The translations under genes were made by a program, and so were the position numbers. From Jimgerdemannia flammicorona (taxonomy: Eukaryota), in NCBI GenBank assembly GCA_003990765.1, contig RBNJ01000008.1:1-64000 (forward strand): a stretch of DNA of 64,000 bases. Direction: 5' to 3'. Shown here in pieces: positions 55,958 through 64,000 of this stretch. The notes below the pieces were generated by a model, which saw nothing but the letters and a program-made list of their open reading frames with translations, searched no databases and was not told where the DNA came from. Within the stretch, counting starts at the first letter, position 1. Every line of letters starts with the position of its first letter.

Positions 55958-57058
55958 TTAAGAGCAGGAGACCTTCCCCTTCCCTCTGACTTTTTTTGAA
56001 GGCAGTGAGCCCAATGAACAGGAGCACACCCCGTCAGAGTGCCAGACCTTATGGCCACAGGCTTTTATACAGCCCTTACATTCAGGGGCATGGGTGGAGG
56101 AGGTGGAGGAGGAACTGACAGAGGAGGCTGAAGGCAAGCGAGCAGCTGAAGAGGCAGCAGCACAAGAAACACCACTGTGAGGACAGATGGACTTGGCTGG
56201 GTACCAGTAGGCATGGTGGAGGTGACTGAAGCAGACAGCACAAGGCCAGGCCCTGACAGGGTGAGAACCAAGTTGGCGGTCATACTTGGGGGCAGGGGAA
56301 ATAGAGGAGGAAGCCTTGGTGGGAGAGGGAAACTGAGAAGAGACCAATGAAGCCTGGTTCGGCTTGGTGGGGGTCTTAGTGGGGGTCTTGGAGGGGGCCT
56401 TGGCAGTGGTGGTGGCGAAGGAATAGACCTCAGTATGAGCAGCAGTACAAGCTTCGGCATGAATGGCCTCAGAGACTGAAACCTTGGGGGAGGCAGGCAG
56501 GGGAGCAGTGGTGGTGGTGCAGGCAGCAGCAGCAGTATGTGATGTCTCTTGCTTGTGAAGGTGAGCAACAAAAGAAGTGCTGGCAAGGAGAAAATGATGC
56601 ACAGCATCGATGTCAGCAGTGACAGAAGGAATATCTTGGATGGTGAAGCCACAAAAGAGGGCAGCATCCAAAAGGCAAGAGGAGGTAAAGGCCATGAAGG
56701 TGGCACAGGCATGGTGGAAAGAGGCAGAAGTGGTGGCAGCAGAAGTGGTGGCAGCATCAGCAGTAGCAAGCTTGGTGGTAGCAGTGGCAGTATGAACCTC
56801 TTTGGAGAGAGCTTGGTGGTAGGCCTCAGGGAGAACAGAGTAGCAGATGGCAGGCAGAGCAATGACATCAATGTCATGGCAGAGATGAGCCTCCTTGACA
56901 GAGAGGACAAGAACCAACTGAAACTGAGAGAGGAGTGGACAACCAGAGGGACGAAGGTTCAGGGGGAGGGAAAGGATGGCAGTCAAGATATAGGTCTCAA
57001 ACAAGACAGTGGTGGGGGTGAAGGTAGGGGGGGGAGGAGGAGGAAGAGTCTCATCCAT
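55958..57058 (-). CDS. ORF1 of the Penelope-like element (Ala/Thr/Pro-rich, Cys/His clusters), open but mutation-eroded
   Basis: Long open frame 55958-57211 with likely ATG (MDETLPPPP) just after the pLTR; CAVCFSHLHHAYWYP resembles a decayed CCHC knuckle. Confidence 0.55.
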   Translation of the reverse strand: MDETLPPPPPPTFTPTTVLFETYILTAILSLPLNLRPSGCPLLSQFQLVLVLSVKEAHLCHDIDVIALPAICYSVLPEAYHQALSKEVHTATATTKLATADAATTSAATTSASFHHACATFMAFTSSCLLDAALFCGFTIQDIPSVTADIDAVHHFLLASTSFVAHLHKQETSHTAAAACTTTTAPLPASPKVSVSEAIHAEACTAAHTEVYSFATTTAKAPSKTPTKTPTKPNQASLVSSQFPSPTKASSSISPAPKYDRQLGSHPVRAWPCAVCFSHLHHAYWYPAKSICPHSGVSCAAASSAARLPSASSVSSSSTSSTHAPECKGCIKACGHKVWHSDGVCSCSLGSLPSKKVRGKGKVSCS

Positions 57059-57449
57059 GAGCTCATATGAGAACAGAGGCCCTGAGGGCAGGCAGTATAG
57101 CAGAGGAAGAAGAAGGCCCAGCAGGAGCCAAGAGAGTGAACCCAGAGCCAGTGTCAAAGTGAATGGAAGATATGTGGAAAGGCATATATAAGGGAAATGA
57201 ATAAAGAACATAACTGAAAATGTATCAGCTGTTTATTGCTATATAAAAACAAGGTCCTTATATATAAAATATGACATCCCAAAAGGGAGGACATGCCATA
57301 ACTCAGGGCGAACTGAATTAGGAATCAATGACTGCTGAAGATAGGTGGAGATAAAGGGGGAGCCAATCCCAGTTACAGGATAAAAATCACAAACAAACAC
57401 AAATAAAACAAATCCAAATTGAGATTAAAAAACATCTGCAGACCCTGGA

Positions 57450-57960
57450 TCAGACCAGGTCCCTGGCATTTTCCACACCCATTGTCGTCCATCAGACCCA
57501 AATCAATTGATCTTCATCTCATCCAAGAATATTACACATTTCCAATTGTCGATCATCCAGTCTTTATACTTACATGCAAAATCATATTGAGCTTTGGTAT
57601 GCTGGCATAGTAGTCTGGGCTTTTTTTGCTTGACGGCGACTTTCAAACTGGCCTCTTTCAGGGCCCGATGTATGGTTTGAGTGCTTACAATTGGTTTGCT
57701 ATCTTCTTGGAGTAATTTTGAGGCCTTTGGCAGTGTATCCATCTTGCCACCAGTCACTTGATGAATGAGCCATGATTTATCATGAGCTGAGAGTTTGCTC
57801 AGATAGCCTCCTTTCAAGATGACATTGTCATCATAATAATCCCTTCTAATATAGATGATCAATGTTTGGCTAATGCCCATCTCATTTGTGATTTTTCATG
57901 TCATTATGCCAGAATTCAGCATATTGATGATGGTGTTGTATATATCCAAGGAGAGTTTCT
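57450..57960 (-). mobile_element. Tc1/mariner (Tc3-type HTH + start of DDE) transposase fragment
   Basis: VSTQTIHRALKEA...KKPRL...FACKYKDWMIDNWKCVIFLDEMKIN*FGSDGRQW; cut by the PLE. Confidence 0.88.
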
Positions 57961-58267
57961 TCATAGTTTTATAAAAGGAAATAAACTGTACAGGGAGGCA
58001 GAGAATCGATCAAAGAACAACCAGACAATGTTTCAGATGTGTATACCAATTTTATGCCAGTTTATAACCCAAAGAATGAAAATCAACAATGATATTACAA
58101 AACTGAACCAATAAATTTTTTTTTTTGAAAATTCATTTTAAGGTTAAATTAATATTAATTAAACTAAATTTAGTATCCTTGGATACCTCTGATATAGGGC
58201 TACAATATAGTATAATTATATATATTTATATATAACATATATATTTAAAATAATTAAAATGTAAAAT

Positions 58268-59850
58268 TTAATGAAACATTGGTTCAGTTTTGGAATACAC
58301 TATATCCAGCATTTTGGTATCTGCCCCTATACTGGCAGTCTCATCCCACCCCTCCTCTGGGACATCCACTAGCTCATCCTTGCCAACTGCCACCACCTGT
58401 CCACCTTTTGTAACATCAGAAACCCCAAAGTATACCTGCTGAGCACTCTTCATCAATACATCCTCTGCCACCTGACCTCTTGCAGCTGGACCCCACCAGA
58501 CCAGAGAGAGAGTGTCATTCAAGGCTGGTTCCTAGACTTCAAATGTACCATCAGCAAATGGGTCCACATATAGTGTCTTCCCAGCCCCCTCCAGGTCCTC
58601 TACTACATCACCTCCTCCCTTACTAACCCAGACACTTGCCTCTATGCCCTCAGACTTCTCAGAGCTTCTAGTCTTCATCTTCTCCCCTCTTTCTATGCTT
58701 ACTAGCATCTCCCTCTGTCTCCTACATCCTTGAGCCCTCTTCTACTACTTCTTATCAGTGTGAATATATTTCTCATCTATAATCTCTAGATATATCAACT
58801 CCTCATACAACTTTCTGGCTTTTGCCCTCTACTCGACAGCACCACTCAACTCCTCCAAAGCCTCTAACAAGTTCTTCTCCTCCTCTTCACCCCCTTTCAC
58901 CCTTGATACCTTATAGATAAAGGCCCCCCATATTAATACTGAAGACCAGTTACTTGTCTTCCCCATGGCCTCTCTCTCAGCCAGTCTAATTCTGACATCT
59001 ACATCACTCATCCTGAAGGTAGTCCTCTCCTACATCTGGAAACTGATATCTACCACATTACTATACTCTACCATCACCTCCTCCACCCTCCTTCTAGTCT
59101 CATCCTTCATCACTGTAGACACTCCCTTTATCAGTAACTACACCACCCTGGGGTCCCACCTCAAGCACTGCACCATAGAGACCACTTCTCCCCTACTACC
59201 ACTCCAGACCTCAAAGTTTCCTCCAATGAGCCCACCTCCTCAAAGCCCACCTCAACTCCCTCCAGACTCTTCAGGAACTTCACCAAGGTGGCCCCAGCCA
59301 TCTGCTTCAAGATAAGCCTCAGGACCATCCTCACTATTACTGCTAAGCCCTGGAAGTACAAAGTAGTTACAAATTCCAAAATTGACTTCTTGAGCAACAG
59401 TGTCACTGCTAACTCTGTCACACTATTTACCAGATCTTCCTTCTATATTGGGAACCCCTGCCCTATCTGGCCATCAGCCATTACATTTTTTTTTTTTTTC
59501 CTAATTCTCTATTATACTTCCATCAACAGTCACTCCCCCAGCCACAGCACTCCCAGCATCTATACTTGCATCTCCTGCCTGAGTACCACTCCCCCTCCTG
59601 ATACTAGTCTTACCCTTCCCCTTAGCAGCACCAGCCCTAGTCCTAGCCAACCATCCACTTGCTTTCACCTTATCTGCAAAGCTGGAGGGGCCAGGCCTTC
59701 CCTTAGTTCCACCTGATACTAGTCCTCCTTCAGAGCCATCTCCACCCTTCAAACCTCCAAAAACCCCCATTCCCAATCCATAACCTCTATCCACATGCTG
59801 CCAGCTGAATGCCCTGGGTCTACCTGACCCAGCATGCCCATTGGAACTCT
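58268..59850 (-). mobile_element. LINE ORF1-like remnant of a second copy downstream of the LINE at 59960-64000
   Basis: SFADKVKA motif, Gly/Glu/Lys-rich purine-biased frame like the adjacent LINE, decayed knuckle near 58600-58640. Confidence 0.5.
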
Positions 59851-59959
59851 TACTTAATGATATTTTTATAGTACCTTTTCTCTGAGTTGTGTCAAAAACC
59901 ATTGCTTGAAGTTGGTGTAATGTGAATTGTACAGGAGAAAGGTGTGATCTACATATTCT

Positions 59960-62900
59960 CTCTACCAAACAATACTACTAACTACTCTACAGTCCCCAAC
60001 CATGCCACCAGCCTATCAGAGTATCTTTCATCAATCCTTTCTATTGCAACAGTTGCACCTCCAAGCTCTGATATTGCCTATTCTCAAATACAAATAACTA
60101 GTAATCTACCAACCCCACCCATATAGCCAGTGTCTATTCTAAAGTAAGCTACTCCTTCTCAATCCCTCTCACCAATCTATCCCACAAATCCTCCCACCAA
60201 CCCCTCACACCATTCCTCCTCCACATAATACCTAACCTCTTTCCAACCACTATCCAGAAGTCACTAAGCACCTCACACTCCCCTAGCCAATATTCAGGCA
60301 TCTATACAAAGCCCCCTTCCTGTCTAACATTGTAACACTCCTCACAGTCAAAGTTTCCCTCTTCCATCAGGTGGCCAGAGTGAAAGTTGAATATGATATT
60401 TCTCCTCAATATGTACCACCAGACCACTCAATACTTCAGTGGTAGCCACCACTGAATCTCAGCACTCTAGGCCTAGATTTTATTCTAGTCTCACTCTTCT
60501 TTAATATCCATCAACTGCCATCTGCTGGGCCATAGATCCTGCCCCAACCTCCTTTGGCACTCAACTCCATCACCAATATCAAAGTCATCAAGGAAGATGC
60601 CCTCTAGCAACACTCAGTCCTATCTCTATATTTCTGGGCCCCAAGGCCTTTCTCTCTCATCTCTTTGCCAATAAATACCAATATGATATACCCCATTGGT
60701 GACTCTCCACCAGAAGTCCTTAAACTGCATATGCTCATTGTTCTGAAGCCCAACTAAGGACAGAAGATCTCCTGTAAAGCCTCTCAGTAAGAATCTCATC
60801 TTCCAGACCTTCTTCAACAGAGGAACCCAGCTATCTCTCTCCAGCTCAATAGCTCTCTTTAGCCACCATGCTCTCAGATAGTACAACCTCTTTGAAAAGT
60901 CAACCAGCCCAAGTCCCTCTCTAGTTACTAGTAAGAACAAGATTTCCCAGCCAATCTGACTCCTCTTCTCAGCCCAGATCCACCCCTTGGCCAGTTTTAG
61001 CAGTTTCTTCACCACCCAGGCTGAGAAGTCCAGATGATAAGCCAAATACCACAACTTTGGTAGCCAGTAAGCATTCAAGATGGAACACACCCTGCCAGAG
61101 ATAAGTAGCAGCCTCCCCAGCTTTGCAGGGCCTCTCTCTCAGATAATAATCCACTGCTTTCACCAGAGTTTTGGAAGAACTGACCCATATACTGAGAGAT
61201 AGATGCCCAAGTATCTCACTGCCTCTCTAGTAGAAACAATTGTTCTGATGATATCCTCCCCCACCAGACTATTATTCAGCACTATTATTTTATACTTGTG
61301 CTAATTTAGTTTAGCTCCAGAGTATACCTCATATTACTCTATAGTCTCTTTTAGTTCCTTAATATTGGCAATCAAGCCCAGACCAACCACCATATTATCT
61401 ACAAAGGTGCCAACTTTCTACTCAATGCCAAATACTAAAAGTTCTCCTATCTTTTGCCAAATTCTATCTATTAAAAGCTCTAATAAGAGCACATACAGAA
61501 TGGGAGACAGCAGGTCCCCCTGGAGAACACTCCTACCCAAAGAGAAAGCCACCCCTCAATGTCCATTACATATGAGCACAGCCCTGCTCTCTTCCAGTAA
61601 GCTGACCATTACCACTCAGAACTATTGAGGGACACCAATCCTATCTAGCACCTTTATCAACCAGACTCTCTAAACATAGTTGTATGCCTTCTTCTGATCT
61701 AAGAAGACCAGGTACCTATCCAGTCTACAGGCTTGTGTCCCTTCAATAACACTATGTATCCAAGCTATTCCATCCTGAATGAGCTTGCCCCCAACAAATC
61801 CTCACTACTCCACCCCTAAGGCCTATTGGGCCACCTTCTGCAGCCTCACTACCACTATCTTAGTAGTCAACTTCCTGTCTATTTCCAGTAGTATGATTGG
61901 CCTCCAGTTCTTCCAGTCCTCCCTCCTACTTTTGTTCTTATATAGTAGTGCCACCAGCCCCAGATTCTGCTCATATATTTATCTTCCAGACTGTAGTACT
62001 AAGTCAAAAAGTTCCCTCAGCTCTCCCAGTACACCAGAAACATCTACCATCTTCTTTCAGAAATCCCAGGGCAGGCCATCCTCCTCTGGTATTATACTCA
62101 GTATAGTTGCAACAAGAATCTAGTAAATCTCCTCCTCCTATACCAGTAACATCAGATTGCCCAGCCCTTCTACCTGTAGTGAGTACCAATCCTCTAAGGT
62201 GAGATCAATGGTAACAGCCTCAGCTCCACCCTTCTCCTCACTCAACAAGTCACTCCACCTCTTCTTCAATAATCTGAGAATATCTTGTATACTATGCACC
62301 AATAGCCTCTCAGAATTAAGAACCCTCTCCCACCTCTGTTGAATCCTTCTTGCTCTAAGGGCCCTCATGAGAAACTTAGAGGGTCTCTCTCCATTCTCCA
62401 GCCCCTGCCAATATAGATATGTCACCATACTCTGTATCTGTGCTTTCTCCTCCTCTTGTAATATCTGTTACAACTCCACAACCTCCTTTTTCATCCATAA
62501 TAATCTCCAATTCTCCACCCTCTCCAGGGTCAACAAATCTGCCCAATCTTCCAACAGCCTCATCAATCTAACAGAGGCCCACAACATCTTCTTCCTCCTC
62601 TGTCTATCAGTCACCTTACTGGCCTCTCTCCAATAGACTCTAGCAGCCTCTTTTAGTCTCATCTACTTAACTCTAACTGGAGTACCTTTCTATATCCACC
62701 CCTCTACCCTCTGCTGAATATCCACAGCCCACTTGTCCCACAGTATCTTATTGTTTAACAGAGAGGAGTTGAGACACCAATGTCCCATACCATCCCCACT
62801 CCCCCCAAAATGGCCCTGTCCCAGCAATCTCCAATAATCAGACCACAGACACTATTCAGTCTCTAGTAATCTCCAAACATTTAGGCCCTAGCAGTCTGCT

Positions 62901-64000
62901 GTTAAAATCCAGTCAATTCTTGTCTCCAGGCCACTCACCCAATGTGTATATACTCTTCTGTCACCCTAAAACCCTCTGCCAGTATCTACCAAAGCACTCA
63001 GCCTCTCTACTTTCTCCTATATCTCCAAACCTCCACTCTTATCCTCTGCCCCCTGCCCTTCATCAGTTCTATCCAACAGTGTACCTCTGACCATATTAAA
63101 GTCCCCACCAAGTATGTCTACTCTAGCCTCAGTCAGAACCCCTCCCTTCTGGAGACTCTTCACCCACTCTATATGCTCATCCCATACTACAGGACAGTAG
63201 TAGAATCTCACTATAACTGGTTTCTAATCAGTGTGAATCCACTCTCCCCAAACTAGCCTGTCTTCCCAGTTCTACATATCTTGTACCTCCTCTCTACCCT
63301 TCCTGATCAGAATTCCAACCTTGTCCTCTCAAACTACCTCCCCTCTCCATTTCTTCATCTATTCTAGTTTATCCAAATTATCCTTGCATCTGACATCCTG
63401 CAAAAGAAAGAAATTGGCCTCTAATTCCTTCAGCCAAGCAAAAATCTTCTATCAATAAAACAAACCCCATAACCCATTCACATTTAAAGAAAAAATGTTG
63501 GTTGTACTATTTATAAGGAATAATGTATAATAGCAAGTGTATCCTCTACTGCTCCATGTTCATCTCCTCCTGAGCTGAGTCCAGATCATATTTCATAGCT
63601 ATCTTCTTCTCTTCAGTCCTCTTAGCCTCCAGTTTAACCAGAAGTTCTGTGAGCTCCCTATCCTCTTCTTTAAATTCTCATGATATTCCAGACAGACCTC
63701 TTGTCAGAGCTGCAACTCCCTTTTCTTATCAACCTCATACCCTTTCTTCTCCAGGAAAACTGCAAGAATTTCCACCTTCAGTACCTCTACCACTCTCTTG
63801 CTATATAAGATATATATCCAATACTTATCACTCATCACTTGCAGATCCACCTCCCCCAACTCCTCTGCTGCAAAGTTATTCGTTATCTTACACATCTATA
63901 GCAGATTTCCCACCTCCTTCCCCCCAGGAGTCACTGGCCTCCCTCTATCCAGTATTGAAATATCAGTTCCTGTACTTGCAATCTCATCTCACTCCTCTCT
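59960..64000 (-). mobile_element. Degenerate LINE (L1/Tx1-like): ORF1 3' end and ORF2 with APE endonuclease, RT and C-terminal domain
   Basis: IFSLNVNGL (~63480), LGGDFN, ENGERPSKF, DWRPIILL, FLDQKKAYN, GVLQGDLLSPILY, RYLGI, LPKLWY, EGLGLVDF. Confidence 0.92.

Larger units (their letters stand above)
53441..57449 (-). mobile_element. Endonuclease-less Penelope-like retroelement (Coprina/Athena-type) with ORF1, RT ORF and pseudo-LTRs
   Basis: LSLSPHF, VTDKN-GFV, FYVLPKVHK, GDFSSFYITI, QTSGITMGTNCAPTLANL, RYIDD, IPFLDL, AYP thumb; no GIY-YIG at either end; ~350 bp direct repeats at 53441-53791 and 57098-57449. Confidence 0.88.

Noticed and set aside
57098-57449. Hammerhead ribozyme in the Penelope pLTR
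   Set aside because: No CTGANGA...GAAA core with supporting stems found by eye on either strand; needs a covariance-model search on a CpG-corrected consensus.

Overview
Eukaryotic, intron-rich fungal DNA. The gene set and transposon spectrum suggest Mucoromycota, possibly Endogonales-like (inference only). A CpG-rich gene island (~10.7-39.5 kb) holds eight recognisable genes: YME2, an intronless mitochondrial PPR protein, a GEP3/MTG3/NOA1-type GTPase, SIN3, ATG4, a DUF2415-type WD40 protein, an ArfGAP-UBA protein and a hotdog-fold thioesterase-like protein. The island is flanked by nested, mutation-eroded transposons. Left: the 5' LTR and gag of a Ty3/gypsy chromovirus inserted into a dUTPase-carrying Ty3/gypsy element. 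Right: a second chromovirus copy with a solo LTR inside its gag, LINE fragments, a hAT fragment, an endonuclease-less Penelope-like element with pseudo-LTRs, and a Tc1/mariner fragment. The most unusual observations are: (1) a ~2.05 kb LTR, present three times, with a reconstructable 365-codon orphan gene in its U3; (2) a gypsy element with PR-dUTPase-RT-RH whose integrase and a third ORF start at their own closely coupled ATGs; (3) a possible dicistronic GEP3-PPR unit with a 116 bp gap; (4) an interstitial EN-minus Penelope element joining two unrelated broken transposons; (5) RIP-like CpA/TpG-to-TpA erosion of repeats. All calls are by eye, without database searches, and exon boundaries are approximate.
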